Source: SAR202 cluster bacterium bin90 (GTDB lineage: Bacteria > Chloroflexota > Dehalococcoidia > Lucifugimonadales > JADFKI01). From it: DNA of 64,000 nucleotides. Location: NCBI GenBank assembly GCA_002238855.1, contig MPND01000013.1:9970-73969 (forward strand). Reading direction: 5' to 3'. The notes under the pieces were generated by a model. The model had not been told where the DNA came from. It saw only the letters and a program-made list of their open reading frames with translations, and ran no database searches. The position numbers and the translations under genes are program-made. Positions 18,717 to 29,057 of this stretch are shown here, piece after piece; the first letter of the stretch is position 1; each line of letters starts with the position of its first letter.

Positions 18717-18745
18717 TTGTTTATACGGAAGTCAAATGCTATACT
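18717..18745 (+). promoter_or_regulatory. sigma70-type promoter of the nusA operon
   Basis: TTGTTT (18717-18722), 17-nt spacer, TGcTATACT (-10 at 18740-18745). About 130 nt upstream of the nusA ATG. Confidence 0.6.
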
Positions 18746-18805
18746 GCTTATCGATAGACTTGTCGAGCCTTTGCGCCTCGACTTGCGCGGAAATCGTCCT
18801 TTTAG

Positions 18806-18834
18806 GGAAGTGGGCTAGTCCCACTTTCTTTGTT
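18806..18834 (+). terminator. terminator-like hairpin plus T-tract inside the nusA leader (possible attenuator)
   Basis: AGTGGG (18809-18814) pairs with CCCACT (18820-18825), followed by TTCTTTGTT. The 3' arm can alternatively pair as AGTCCCA (18818-18824) with TGGGACT (18838-18844). Confidence 0.45.
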
Positions 18835-18876
18835 AAATGGGACTGAAGAAAACCTGTAACAGGAGGTGGCTGAGGA

Positions 18877-20637
18877 ATGAAGAGCGATTTCATTGTCGCT
18901 TTAACACAACTCGCCGCAGAGCGCGGCCTTCCTAAGGAAACTGTGCTTTCCGCGATTGAAGATGCTCTGGTGTCCGCCTACAGGAAGGACACCATCGCCG
19001 AGGGCCAGAATATCAGCGTAAAGCTCGATCCCGGCTCAGGCGATGTAACGGTGCATATTCTCAAGACCGTCGTGGACGATGTCATTAACGACAAGGCGGA
19101 GATCACTCTGCCTGACGCTCGCGAGATTGTCAGTGATGCTCAAGTAGGTGAAATCATAACCACCGAGAGCATGCCGCACATCCCGGGCCGCATCGCCGCG
19201 CAGACGGCTAAACAAGTCGTCATGCAGCGCCTCCGCGACGCAGAACGCGAGATTGTATTCAAGCAGTTCGAAGACAAGGAAGGCGAGGTCTTCCTCGTAA
19301 CGCTGCAAAAGATTGAGCCACGTCACATTACCGTTGACCTCGGACGCTCCGAAGCCATTATGCCCATGGGCGAGCAGGTTTCCACCGAGCGATACCGCAG
19401 CAACACAAAGATGCGCGTCCTGCTCAAGTCCGTAGAACGCACCCTCAGGGGCCCTGAACTGATAGTCTCTCGCGCGGACAGTCTGCTGCTCAGGCGACTC
19501 TTCGAGATGGAAGTTCCTGAGATATTCAGCGGCGCCGTAGAAATAGAAGCTATCGCCAGAGAAGCCGGCTCACGCAGCAAGGTTGCAGTGCGTGCCCGGC
19601 AGGACGGCGTGGACCCGGTAGGCTCGTGCGTCGGGCTGCGCGGCGTCCGCATTCAGAACATCGTCAATGAACTGCACGGCGAGAAGATTGATGTCGTGGA
19701 GTGGAACAAGGAAGTCCCCATCTTCATTGCCAACGCCCTGGGCCCGGCGCAGGTAATGAAAGTCGAATTGAATCACGACGATGAGACGGCAATGGCGGTC
19801 GTGCCGGATAGGCAACTCTCCCTCGCAATAGGTCGCGAAGGGCAGAACGCCAGGCTCGCCGCCCGACTCACCGGTTGGAAAGTAGATATCAAGAGCGATG
19901 TCGACTACCAGGTCGAGCTGCAGGAGCGCGCCAGAGTCGCAGCCGAAGAACAGGCAGCGGCAGCGGCTATCGCAGCCGCTGAAGCCGAACTGCAGGAGGC
20001 GATACGGGCTGAAGAGCCTGTCATAGACGCCGTTGCAGCTGACGAAATTCCGGTTGAAATCGAAGTTGCGGCTGAAGAAGCCGTGGAAGTGGAAGCGGAA
20101 CCCACTCCAATCGCGGCGGAACTCGCTGATACTGCGGAAACCGCCGTCGCGGAACCAATTGCAGTAGTAGCTACGCGGGAAGACTCGGAAACTGCCGAAC
20201 CGGCCGAAGTAGTGGAAGTCGCGGACCCCGCCGCAGCCGAACTGGTAACTGTGGATGCAGCCGTGCCCGCAGAGCCAGTGGCAGCGGAGATTCCCGAAGC
20301 TATTGAACAGCCGGAAGCCACACTCATAACGGAGGCACCGGCTGAAGCGGTCGAGCCTCTGCCAGTCGCTGAACCCGTGATTGAAGAACCGGCGCCCGAC
20401 CCTGCGGCAGAGCAGAGCACTTCGCTGCGCGACGTGCCCGACGATGTATGGCAGGTGCGGCGTCCTCGCGTACGCAGGCCAGTTCGCTCTGACGACGACG
20501 GCCCCGGACGCATTCGCTTTGCGGAAGACATCCAAGGCTTGCGCGGCGGCGTTACCGCATCGCGCAACCGAAGGCGACCCGATCAGCAGGGTCCCGATAG
20601 CGGCAGGCGGCGCAGGCCATCACGAAGGCGGCGCTAA
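18877..20637 (+). CDS. nusA: transcription termination/antitermination factor NusA with a long acidic-then-basic C-terminal tail
   Basis: 586 aa. N-terminus [21 protein letters not shown], then an S1 and two KH regions ([19 protein letters not shown]). Residues from about 345 onward are A/E/P/V-rich and end in [10 protein letters not shown]. Confidence 0.92.
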   Translation: MKSDFIVALTQLAAERGLPKETVLSAIEDALVSAYRKDTIAEGQNISVKLDPGSGDVTVHILKTVVDDVINDKAEITLPDAREIVSDAQVGEIITTESMPHIPGRIAAQTAKQVVMQRLRDAEREIVFKQFEDKEGEVFLVTLQKIEPRHITVDLGRSEAIMPMGEQVSTERYRSNTKMRVLLKSVERTLRGPELIVSRADSLLLRRLFEMEVPEIFSGAVEIEAIAREAGSRSKVAVRARQDGVDPVGSCVGLRGVRIQNIVNELHGEKIDVVEWNKEVPIFIANALGPAQVMKVELNHDDETAMAVVPDRQLSLAIGREGQNARLAARLTGWKVDIKSDVDYQVELQERARVAAEEQAAAAAIAAAEAELQEAIRAEEPVIDAVAADEIPVEIEVAAEEAVEVEAEPTPIAAELADTAETAVAEPIAVVATREDSETAEPAEVVEVADPAAAELVTVDAAVPAEPVAAEIPEAIEQPEATLITEAPAEAVEPLPVAEPVIEEPAPDPAAEQSTSLRDVPDDVWQVRRPRVRRPVRSDDDGPGRIRFAEDIQGLRGGVTASRNRRRPDQQGPDSGRRRRPSRRRR

Positions 20638-20640
20638 ATA

Positions 20641-20931
20641 TTGAATGTAAGGAAACGACACGTCCCGCTGCGGAGCTGCATCGCTTGCAGAAATAAAACT
20701 GCAAAACGCGAGCTACTTCGCATAGTTGCCCTGCAGGACGGCGGTATAGCCTTTGACTCCGGTGGAAAGCTTTCCGGAAGAGGTGCTTACCTGTGTTCCA
20801 CTTGCGCGGGCGACGCGGACAATATCAGGAAGGGTCGGTTGGAGCACACGCTGCGCACAGGCATCGCAGACGCTCAATGGCAAGAGGTGGCGGCGGTCCT
20901 GAAAGCACAAGTGAAAGCACCGATAGGCTAA
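20641..20931 (+). CDS. ylxR: YlxR/RnpM (DUF448) family RNA-binding protein
   Basis: 96 aa, TTG start. RSCIACR...GRGAYLC motif. Canonical position between nusA and infB. Confidence 0.85.
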   Translation: MNVRKRHVPLRSCIACRNKTAKRELLRIVALQDGGIAFDSGGKLSGRGAYLCSTCAGDADNIRKGRLEHTLRTGIADAQWQEVAAVLKAQVKAPIG

Positions 20932-20971
20932 GAAAGCGCAAGTGCCACGCGCAGCAGGCGCATGATGGGAG

Positions 20972-22813
20972 ATGCCTATGACTAACAGAACCGACTTGGA
21001 ACGGCAAGACCAGTACAACGGTGCTGCAGAAGACGGCTACGATGACTACTACGAGTACGACGACGACTATGAGCTCGAACCACTCGAAGTTCCCATCGCT
21101 ATAGCCTTATACGACCTCGCTGAACTCATGGAGACGACTCCTGTGGAGGTCATCAAGGAGTTCATGCGCAATGGGTACATGTTCCCCATCAACGAGGTTG
21201 TTCAACACGACCTCGTCGCTCAGATTGCGCCATCATTCGGCTTTGAGGTCCTCCCCTTGGAGGAAGAGTCCGATGCAGGCTCAATCGTACCCTCAACCGA
21301 CGACGACGACCCTGAAATGCTCGAAGACCGTCCTCCCGTCGTTACAATCCTTGGGCATGTGGACCACGGCAAAACCACACTGCTTGACACCATCAGAAAG
21401 ACCAACGTGGTCGATGGCGAAGCCGGTGGCATCACGCAGCACATTGGAGCCTATCAGGTAAACTACGACAACAGACAGATTACATTCCTTGACACCCCAG
21501 GCCACGAGGCATTTACAGCTATGCGGGCAAGGGGCGCACAGGTAACCGACATCGCAGTCCTTGTTGTTGCCGCCGACGACGGAATAATGCCCCAGACAGA
21601 AGAGGCAATCAGCCATGTCAAGGCTGCGGGCGTCCCCATCGTTGTCGCGATAAACAAGGTCGACCGGCCCGAAGCCGACCCCGAGCGCGTAAAGCGCCAG
21701 CTTGCAGAACGCGACCTCCTCATTGAAGAATGGGGCGGTGATGTAATCGCGCTGCCTGTTTCCGCACTTACCGGTGACGGCGTGGACAACCTTTTGGACA
21801 ATCTCGCAATCGTCGCCGAAGTCAGCGAATTCAAGGCAAACGTCGGCAAGACCGCCAGGGCTGTCGTCGTTGAGGCGAGGATCGACCGCAGCCGCGGTAC
21901 TGTCGCCACAGTTCTGGTGCAGACCGGAACTCTGAGTGTGGGCGACAATATCGTAATCGGCAGCCTGCGCGGGCGAATCAGGGCAATGCTCACCGACAGT
22001 GGACAGCCGGTAGAGGTCGCTACTCCTTCCCAGCCGGTCGAAATCCTCGGAATCGCCGGTGTGCCAGAAGCTGGCGATATTCTGGAAGTTACCGAAGACG
22101 AAAAGGCCGCCCGGCAACTTGCCGAGCAGCGCATTCGCCAGTCCGAGAGGCAGCGCGCCGCCGGTCCCACACTTGAAGATGTTCACACGCGCATCGCCGC
22201 CGGCGAAGTTAAGGCGCTCAACCTCATCATCAAGACCGATGTGCAGGGCACCGTCGAGGCGGTCAAGGGCGCTCTCAACGGCTTGAACACCGATCAGACC
22301 AGAGTCAACATCGTTCACATAGCAAGTGGCGCAATTACCGAGAGCGATGTGCTTCTCGGGTTAGCTTCCCAGGCGATTATCATCGGCTTCAACACCGAAC
22401 CTGGACAGGGCGCGACAGCACTCGCAAATCAGGAAGGCGTTGAGATTCGCCACTACAACATCATCTACCATCTCCTTGAGGATGTGGAACGCGCATTGAC
22501 CGGACTGCTGGAACCTGTTTACAGGGACGTTACTGATGGACACGCCACCGTGCGAGCCGTCTTCGGCGTGGGCAGGAGAATGAGAGTCGCTGGTTTCTAT
22601 GTGAACGACGGCCAGATAAGTCGGGGATCTACGGTTCACGTGCTTCGCGGCGGTCAGAAACTCTTCGAAGGAAACATCGCCAGCCTCAAGCACTTCAGGG
22701 ATGACGTGCGCGAGGTCAATGTCGGCTTCGAGGGAGGCTTGACGCTCGACGGCTTCAACGACTACCAGGAAGGCGACATCCTTGAAGCGCACAGCTCCGA
22801 GCGTGTCCGTTAA
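20972..22813 (+). CDS. infB: translation initiation factor IF-2
   Basis: 613 aa. G motifs [20 protein letters not shown] and NKVD. Short acidic D/Y/E-rich N-terminus. Confidence 0.95.
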   Translation: MPMTNRTDLERQDQYNGAAEDGYDDYYEYDDDYELEPLEVPIAIALYDLAELMETTPVEVIKEFMRNGYMFPINEVVQHDLVAQIAPSFGFEVLPLEEESDAGSIVPSTDDDDPEMLEDRPPVVTILGHVDHGKTTLLDTIRKTNVVDGEAGGITQHIGAYQVNYDNRQITFLDTPGHEAFTAMRARGAQVTDIAVLVVAADDGIMPQTEEAISHVKAAGVPIVVAINKVDRPEADPERVKRQLAERDLLIEEWGGDVIALPVSALTGDGVDNLLDNLAIVAEVSEFKANVGKTARAVVVEARIDRSRGTVATVLVQTGTLSVGDNIVIGSLRGRIRAMLTDSGQPVEVATPSQPVEILGIAGVPEAGDILEVTEDEKAARQLAEQRIRQSERQRAAGPTLEDVHTRIAAGEVKALNLIIKTDVQGTVEAVKGALNGLNTDQTRVNIVHIASGAITESDVLLGLASQAIIIGFNTEPGQGATALANQEGVEIRHYNIIYHLLEDVERALTGLLEPVYRDVTDGHATVRAVFGVGRRMRVAGFYVNDGQISRGSTVHVLRGGQKLFEGNIASLKHFRDDVREVNVGFEGGLTLDGFNDYQEGDILEAHSSERVR

Positions 22814-22932
22814 CTTCAGTCCTTAGTTCTTCATTTCGACTGTGGACAAAAATGTCCGTCGCTCCTGCTTGCCATGATTCGCAAGCGAGCATGGTCAATT
22901 CAATCCCATACACCCATTGTTGAGGACCCCTC

Positions 22933-23298
22933 ATGAACCGACGAATAGACCGCGTCAACATGCTCGTGCGTCAAGAAATCAGCCGCATCCTGTCGGTTGA
23001 GATGAATGATCCGCGCCTCTCGTCTCTGATCAGCATCACCGAAGTTCAGACATCGCGCGATCTTCGAAACGCCAGGGTCTATTTCAGCGTATTCGGTGAC
23101 GACGATACGAAGAAGAAAGCGCTCATCGCCCTGGAAAACGCCGGCGGATACATTCATCGCACCATGAAGCGCAACCTCAAGCTCAAGTTCGCCCCGGTGC
23201 TCTCCTTCGAACTTGACGACTCCATCGAGCAAGGCACTGACATGCTTGACCTCATCAGCAGAAACGCGCCCAGAGACTTAGACGAAGAGACTACCTGA
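22933..23298 (+). CDS. rbfA: ribosome-binding factor A
   Basis: 121 aa. RVNMLVRQEISRIL...RNARVYFSV is typical RbfA. Its stop overlaps the truB start (TGATG). Confidence 0.88.
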   Translation: MNRRIDRVNMLVRQEISRILSVEMNDPRLSSLISITEVQTSRDLRNARVYFSVFGDDDTKKKALIALENAGGYIHRTMKRNLKLKFAPVLSFELDDSIEQGTDMLDLISRNAPRDLDEETT

Positions 23299-24242
23299 TG
23301 GCAAAATCCAGAGAGCCGAGAATAGACGGCATCCTCAACATCGACAAGCCCTACGGCATAACCTCGATGGATGTGGTGCGCCGCATCAAGCGGGCCTCAG
23401 GACAACGCCGGGTGGGACATGGCGGCACGCTCGATCCCATAGCCACAGGCGTAATTCCAATATGCCTGGGACTTGCGACGCGTCTCATGGAAGATGTGGT
23501 CGGCAACCCTAAAACATATCTCGCCTCCATCGAACTTGGCACAACCACCGACACATACGACGCCCTCGGTGAAATTACCGAACAGCGCAACCCGTCGGGG
23601 GTTTCGCTGGACGACATCGAAGTCGCCATTTCCGCATTTTCCGGAGACATCCTGCAGGTTCCACCGATGTACAGTGCCCTCAAGCGAGAAGGCAAGCGCC
23701 TCTACGACCTCGCGCGAGCCGGCATCGAAATCGAGCTAGAAGCGCGACCCGTCACCGTACACGCTATCCGACTGCGTGATTGGACTCCGACAGTCTTAAC
23801 TCTGGAAGTTGACTGCGGCAAGGGCTTTTACATGCGCTCCCTCGCCCACGACATCGGGCAGTCGCTGGGGTGCGGCGGACACCTGAAAACACTCGCCCGC
23901 CTGAGAACGGGTGCATTTGCCGTTGCAGACGCGCTATCCCTAGACGAAGCCGAAGAGCGCTTCGCCGACGGAAATTGGCGCGAAGTCGTCCACTCCCCGG
24001 ATATTGCGCTCCGGAACCTGCGCGCCCTCATTGTCGGTAATCGCGTCGAAGAAATGATCCGCAACGGCCGCGCTTTCGATCTGAGCGGCGGGTCCCTCCA
24101 GCCCTCACCCTCCGAGCGATGCCGTGCCTATTCTACGGACGGACGCTTTCTGGCGACCGTAGCATTCGACGACAATCTACACAAATGGCGCCCCGAAAAG
24201 GTATTCGCACTGAACTACCCCGAGCCCGCAGGCGTCGTCTAA
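23298..24242 (+). CDS. truB: tRNA pseudouridine(55) synthase
   Basis: 314 aa. GILNIDKP...GHGGTLDP, the catalytic Asp motif. Confidence 0.92.
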   Translation: MAKSREPRIDGILNIDKPYGITSMDVVRRIKRASGQRRVGHGGTLDPIATGVIPICLGLATRLMEDVVGNPKTYLASIELGTTTDTYDALGEITEQRNPSGVSLDDIEVAISAFSGDILQVPPMYSALKREGKRLYDLARAGIEIELEARPVTVHAIRLRDWTPTVLTLEVDCGKGFYMRSLAHDIGQSLGCGGHLKTLARLRTGAFAVADALSLDEAEERFADGNWREVVHSPDIALRNLRALIVGNRVEEMIRNGRAFDLSGGSLQPSPSERCRAYSTDGRFLATVAFDDNLHKWRPEKVFALNYPEPAGVV

Positions 24243-24245
24243 CAC

Positions 24246-24274
24246 TTGACCAGGCGAATGCTCCCCCATACAAT
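24246..24274 (+). promoter_or_regulatory. sigma70-type promoter of rplU-rpmA-rpmE
   Basis: TTGACC (24246-24251), 17-nt spacer, TACAAT (24269-24274). Confidence 0.65.
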
Positions 24275-24328
24275 ATCTATTTGTAACCCAAAAGACTTTT
24301 TACAGAAGAAATCACCCGTGAGAGTGAC

Positions 24329-24652
24329 ATGTACGCAATAGTGAACACAGGCGGCAAGCAATACCGGGTCCAGCCCGGAGACACTGTCCGCGTAGAATAC
24401 CTGCCCGGCGATCAGGGTGACTTGATTGAACTGGAAGATGTGCGCCTCTTTTCCAACGACGATGGCGAAGTAACAGTTGGTGCGCCAATCGTCGACGGCG
24501 CGAAAGTTACGGCTGAAGTCGTGCAGCAGGGTCGCGGCAAGAAGGTAATCATCTTCAAATACAAGGCAAAGACGCGCTACCGCAGGAAGAATGGCCATCG
24601 CCAGAACTTCACCGAGTTGCGCGTAACCGACATCTCCTACGACACGGATTAA
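24329..24652 (+). CDS. rplU: 50S ribosomal protein L21
   Basis: [18 protein letters not shown], the canonical L21 N-terminus. Confidence 0.95.
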   Translation: MYAIVNTGGKQYRVQPGDTVRVEYLPGDQGDLIELEDVRLFSNDDGEVTVGAPIVDGAKVTAEVVQQGRGKKVIIFKYKAKTRYRRKNGHRQNFTELRVTDISYDTD

Positions 24653-24674
24653 CCCAGAGCTAAGGGGTGAGACA

Positions 24675-24926
24675 ATGGCACATAAGAAAGGTGGCGGCAG
24701 CACGCGAAACGGCCGAGACAGCAACTCCAAAAGGCTCGGCGTCAAGTGCTACGACACGGAATTCGTAACCGCAGGCTCTATCATCGTGCGGCAGCGCGGC
24801 ACTCGCATCCATCCCGGCACCAATGTCGGTCTGGGCAGGGATCACACGCTCTTTGCGCTCATTGACGGCAAGGTCAAGTTCGAGCACAAGACCCGCGACA
24901 AGAAGCGCGCGAGTGTGTATCCATAG
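24675..24926 (+). CDS. rpmA: 50S ribosomal protein L27
   Basis: [24 protein letters not shown], the canonical L27 N-terminus. Confidence 0.95.
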   Translation: MAHKKGGGSTRNGRDSNSKRLGVKCYDTEFVTAGSIIVRQRGTRIHPGTNVGLGRDHTLFALIDGKVKFEHKTRDKKRASVYP

Positions 24927-24956
24927 CGTCAACCCTCTCGTGGAGGAAACACCGAA

Positions 24957-25166
24957 ATGAAACCCGACATCCATCCGACATACTATCCTGAAGCTACCGC
25001 GATCTGCTCTTGCGGCTCCGTTTACACGACAGGCTCGACTATGCCTGAGTTCCGCGTGGAAATCTGCAACCAGTGCCACCCGTTCTTCACGGGCGAGCAG
25101 CGCATCATCGACACGGAAGGCCGCGTCGAGCGCCTGATGCGACGCTTCAACTTGCAGCAGCAGTAG
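24957..25166 (+). CDS. rpmE: 50S ribosomal protein L31
   Basis: MKPDIHPTYY...CSCG...CNQCHPFFTG, L31 with a Cys-containing (zinc-type) pattern. Confidence 0.92.
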   Translation: MKPDIHPTYYPEATAICSCGSVYTTGSTMPEFRVEICNQCHPFFTGEQRIIDTEGRVERLMRRFNLQQQ

Positions 25167-25197
25167 CAGGCAAAGCCCAACGGCAAGACATCGATCG

Positions 25198-25227
25198 CAG
25201 GGGTGGGTACGCTCACCCCTGTTTTGC
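25198..25227 (+). terminator. intrinsic terminator after rpmE
   Basis: CAGGGGTG (25198-25205) pairs with CACCCCTG (25214-25221), followed by TTTT. Confidence 0.7.
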
Positions 25228-25266
25228 GTCAGCAGATATAAGAGAATCCGTTTTCACGAGGAAGGC

Positions 25267-26172
25267 ATGAGCGCAGAGCAGACGCCCATTTACGGTGGCC
25301 AGGCGGTCATCGAAGGCGTAATGATTCGCGGACAGAGCAACATCGCCGTCGCTTGCCGCCGACCCGACGGCAGCGTCGCCACTATGCGCCATCCCCTCAC
25401 ATCCATCTATACCGGCAAACTGCGCCGCATTCCGCTCATTCGCGGAGTCATTGCGATGGCTGAAACGCTGACGCTGGGCATGCGCGCCCTAAGCTACTCC
25501 GCAAATGTCGCCGCAGAAGCTGAGGGCGAGGAGATCAGCAAAGGCTCGATGGCCGGTATGATGCTCGTATCGCTCACACTCGCAATCGGCATCTTCTTCC
25601 TCATTCCCGTATTCGCAAGCGACTGGCTGGAGACGCTGCTGGACTCGGAGTTGCTCGCGAACATCGCGGAGGGGATCATTCGCCTGCTTCTGTTCCTCGG
25701 TTACATCCTGCTAATAAGTCGGATGGACGACATTCGCCGCGTCTTCATGTATCACGGCGCCGAGCATATGACCGTACACGCGCAAGAGCGCGGTGACCCG
25801 CTCGAAGTGGAACACATCCGCAAGTATCCGACAGCACACCCGCGCTGCGGGACGGCGTTCCTGCTCGTGGTGATGGTTGTGGCTATCATCGCATTCATAT
25901 TCGTTGGGCGCGAACCATTCTGGTGGCTGATTTCGTCCAGGATTGTGCTGGTGCCGCTCATTGCGGCCGTGAGCTACGAGGTCATACGCTTCAGCGGACG
26001 CCATGCCGGCAACCCGCTGGTCAACCTGATCACCGCGCCCAGCCTCGCCCTCCAATCGCTTACCACGCGCCAGCCCGACGACGACCAGATAGAGATTGCG
26101 ATAAGAGCGATGGAGGAGGCACAGGCGGCGGACAGCGTGGCAATTGCTGATGAGCAGACGGCGATGGGATAA
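25267..26172 (+). CDS. DUF1385 (YqhQ-like) membrane protein
   Basis: 301 aa. IYGGQAVIEGVMIRG and YHGAEH motifs plus TM segments. Lies next to rpmE, as in many Gram-positive-type genomes. Confidence 0.75.
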   Translation: MSAEQTPIYGGQAVIEGVMIRGQSNIAVACRRPDGSVATMRHPLTSIYTGKLRRIPLIRGVIAMAETLTLGMRALSYSANVAAEAEGEEISKGSMAGMMLVSLTLAIGIFFLIPVFASDWLETLLDSELLANIAEGIIRLLLFLGYILLISRMDDIRRVFMYHGAEHMTVHAQERGDPLEVEHIRKYPTAHPRCGTAFLLVVMVVAIIAFIFVGREPFWWLISSRIVLVPLIAAVSYEVIRFSGRHAGNPLVNLITAPSLALQSLTTRQPDDDQIEIAIRAMEEAQAADSVAIADEQTAMG

Positions 26173-26178
26173 ACTCCC

Positions 26179-26799
26179 CTACCCCGCGCGCTCCCTCAGG
26201 ACTTCCCACACATCTTCAGGCCTCGCACCAGACGCCGACAGCAACACCAGCGCGTGGTACAGCAAGTCTGCCATCTCCTCCGCGACCTGCTCAGCGTCAC
26301 CCCTGACGCCTGCAATCGCGACCTCTCCGGCCTCCTCGATGACCTTCTGTGCGATACGAGGTACTCCGCCTTCAAACAGGTCTGTCGTGTAGCTTCCCTC
26401 AGGCATCTCGCGCTTGCGGTCCTGTATTACAGCGAACAGATCTTCGAGCACGCCAGGACCCGTTTCGTCGCGGTAGAATTCCGGGAAATCTTCAATGGGC
26501 GTGAAGAAGCAGTTGGACTCTCCCGTATGACAGATAGGCCCATCAGGCTCGACCTGCAAAATCAGGGTGTCACCATCGCAGTCAACAGCCGCCGACTTCA
26601 CGCGCATATAGTTGCCCGACACTTCGCCCTTGTGCCACAGGTCTGAGCGGCTGCGACTGAAGAACCAGACCTCGCCACCCTCCAGCGTGCGCTTCAGTGA
26701 GCCCGGGTTCATATACCCCAGCATCAGCACCTCGCCGGTATCCGCATTCTGTGCGATCGCGGGCACCAGACCCTTCTCGTCCAGCTTTACCTCTGCCAT
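26179..26799 (-). CDS. hisI: bifunctional phosphoribosyl-AMP cyclohydrolase / phosphoribosyl-ATP pyrophosphatase
   Basis: 206 aa. GLVPAIAQ...WFFSRSR...CHTGE (HisI part), followed by a HisE-like C-terminus. Confidence 0.9.
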   Translation of the reverse strand: MAEVKLDEKGLVPAIAQNADTGEVLMLGYMNPGSLKRTLEGGEVWFFSRSRSDLWHKGEVSGNYMRVKSAAVDCDGDTLILQVEPDGPICHTGESNCFFTPIEDFPEFYRDETGPGVLEDLFAVIQDRKREMPEGSYTTDLFEGGVPRIAQKVIEEAGEVAIAGVRGDAEQVAEEMADLLYHALVLLSASGARPEDVWEVLRERAG

Positions 26800-26816
26800 G
26801 TTCTCACCTGACCTGA

Positions 26817-27677
26817 CTATTGATTCACAACTACACTTGGTCGTATCGGCACGCCCTTGTCCGACAGAAAGTCCTTGACCACGGGTATCGGGTATGTACC
26901 ATAATGGAATATGCTCGCGGCAAGAACAGCATCCGCCTTGCCCTCCGCAAGCGCATCGTACAGGTGCTGCGGCTCGCCCGCGCCCCCGCTCGCTATCAGC
27001 GGTATCGTCACGGACTCCGATATGGCGCGCAGCAGATCAAGGTCGTATCCAGTCTGTTGCCCGTCGGTATCCATGCTCGTTACCAGCAGTTCGCCTGCGC
27101 CAAGTTCCGCGGCTTTCTGCGCCCACTTCACCGCGTCAATGCCCATTGGCGTGCGCCCGCCATGCACATAAACCTGCCAGCCGGAACTTTCGTCCAGTGC
27201 GATTTCTTCGGCAACATCTTCTGACAGTCCGCTTGCAACCTTAAAGTTCACTTCGCCCATTTCATCGTCCGATGTAACTCGCTTGGCATCTATAGCGACA
27301 ACGATGCACTGCGCTCCAAAGAAATCGGAAGCGTCTTCAACCAGTGAGGGATTGGCGACCGCCGCAGTGTTGAGCGACGCCTTGTCCGCACCCGCCTCCA
27401 GCATCCGCCGCACATCCGCCACATTCCGCAGCCCGCCGCCAACCGTCAGAGGTATGAACACTTCTTCCGACACCTGCTTCACAACATCAACGATAATGTC
27501 CCTGTCATCCGAACTCGCCGTAATGTCGAGAAACACAAGCTCGTCAGCGCCCTGCGTGTCGTAGAAGCGCGCCAAATCAGCAGGGTCGCCCGCATCCCGT
27601 ATATTCACGAAGCTCACGCCCTTGACCACCCTGCCCTTGTCTATGTCCAGGCACGGAATTATTCGCTTGGTTAGCAT
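26817..27677 (-). CDS. hisF: imidazole glycerol phosphate synthase cyclase subunit HisF (with an insertion of about 30 aa)
   Basis: 286 aa. RIIPCLDI...DELVFLDI...TVGGG...ASGGAG. Extra segment [33 protein letters not shown] lies after AIDAKR. Confidence 0.9.
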   Translation of the reverse strand: MLTKRIIPCLDIDKGRVVKGVSFVNIRDAGDPADLARFYDTQGADELVFLDITASSDDRDIIVDVVKQVSEEVFIPLTVGGGLRNVADVRRMLEAGADKASLNTAAVANPSLVEDASDFFGAQCIVVAIDAKRVTSDDEMGEVNFKVASGLSEDVAEEIALDESSGWQVYVHGGRTPMGIDAVKWAQKAAELGAGELLVTSMDTDGQQTGYDLDLLRAISESVTIPLIASGGAGEPQHLYDALAEGKADAVLAASIFHYGTYPIPVVKDFLSDKGVPIRPSVVVNQ

Positions 27678-28405
27678 CCTCTTTCCATCCCGTCAATCGT
27701 CTCTATCGCCTCGCGTAGGTCAATATCCCCCGTATAAATCGCCCTGCCGACAATTCCAGCCTCCGCGCCAATCTCTGCAAGCCGCGTCAGGTGCGCCACT
27801 GTCGCTATGCCGCCCGCCGCAATCAGCCGAATGTCCCCTTGGCTGACCAGCGCTCTCACGCCCTCGAAGTTCGGCTCGGTCAGCGTGCCATCCCGCGATA
27901 TGTCCGTGTACAGGAAGCGCACTACACCCAGCGCCGCCATATCAGCGACTAGGTCAGTCGCTAGCGCGCTGCTGCCCTCAGTCCAGCCACGCAACGCCAC
28001 CCTGCCATCCTTGGCGTCAACGCTAACGATGACGCTCTCCGCCCCGAACTCGCCGAGCATTACGCCTATCAGGTCTGAGTCTTCGACCGCTGCCGTGCCG
28101 AGCATTATGCGGCTGACTCCGGCATCAATCGCGGCGCGCGCCGTATCCATATCGCGTATGCCGCCGCCCAGGTGCAGTGGAACATCGACGGCCGAAGCAA
28201 TCCGCTCGACCGCCTTGAGGTTGGCCGGTTTGCCGTCCCTCGCGCCGTCGAGGTCAACGATATGCAGCCTTGTCGCGCCCATATCCACCCAGCGCAAGGC
28301 GGTCTCCAGAGGGTCGTCCGAATAGACAGTTTCCTGTGCATAGTCGCCCTGGTACAGACGGACGCAATTGCCGCCCCGAAGGTCTATCGCCGGAATTACC
28401 TCCAT
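27671..28405 (-). CDS. hisA: ProFAR isomerase HisA
   Basis: 244 aa. [17 protein letters not shown]...LHIVDLDGA. Confidence 0.9.
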   Translation of the reverse strand: MEVIPAIDLRGGNCVRLYQGDYAQETVYSDDPLETALRWVDMGATRLHIVDLDGARDGKPANLKAVERIASAVDVPLHLGGGIRDMDTARAAIDAGVSRIMLGTAAVEDSDLIGVMLGEFGAESVIVSVDAKDGRVALRGWTEGSSALATDLVADMAALGVVRFLYTDISRDGTLTEPNFEGVRALVSQGDIRLIAAGGIATVAHLTRLAEIGAEAGIVGRAIYTGDIDLREAIETIDGMERGC

Positions 28406-29052
28406 GCCGCCACCCTCCCGTTCTCCTCAACCAACTGCAGGAAGTTCTTGTACAGCCTCAATCCCACCGACCCGCTCTTCTCAGGATGGAACTGCACTGC
28501 TGCCACATTGTCCCATGCCACCGCGCTGCAGAAGTCTATCCCGTAGCTCGTCACGCCCGCGACCATATCCTTGTCTTCAGGATCGGCGTAGTAGCTATGC
28601 ACGAAGTAGAAGTACGATTCGTCCGGAATCCCCTCGAAGACCGGATGCTGCACCGACAGTGAAACGCTATTCCATCCCATGTGCGGTATCTTCAGGCCAA
28701 CTTGGTCGGTCTTTTCCGGTGGCAGGCGCTTGGTGCTGCCCTTCAATATCCCAAGGCACGGCTCGTCGCCCTCTTCGGACGATTCCAGCAGCAGCTGAAG
28801 CCCAAGGCACACGCCAAGGAAAGGCTTCCCGCTGTCAATTGAGCGCCTGATGACCTCGAACAGACCGCGCTCCCTGATGCTCTGCATTGACGAATCACAC
28901 GCGCCCTGACCCGGGAAGACAACGCCATCCGCGTTGACAATATCGTCGGCGTCGGCTGTGATGTGTGCGGACGCGCCGCACTCTTCCAGCGCCTTCTGCA
29001 CGCTGCGAATGTTGCCCGCGTCATAGTCTATGATCGCTATACTTGGCTGCAT
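28396..29052 (-). CDS. hisH: imidazole glycerol phosphate synthase glutaminase subunit HisH
   Basis: 218 aa. IAIIDYDAGN, catalytic GVCLGLQ, and HSY. Confidence 0.9.
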   Translation of the reverse strand: MQPSIAIIDYDAGNIRSVQKALEECGASAHITADADDIVNADGVVFPGQGACDSSMQSIRERGLFEVIRRSIDSGKPFLGVCLGLQLLLESSEEGDEPCLGILKGSTKRLPPEKTDQVGLKIPHMGWNSVSLSVQHPVFEGIPDESYFYFVHSYYADPEDKDMVAGVTSYGIDFCSAVAWDNVAAVQFHPEKSGSVGLRLYKNFLQLVEENGRVAAWR

Positions 29053-29057
29053 CCCAG

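Noticed and set aside
19570-20567. 321-aa and 220-aa - strand ORFs
   Set aside because: They are antisense to the low-complexity GC-rich NusA tail. These open frames are generated by the repeat composition.
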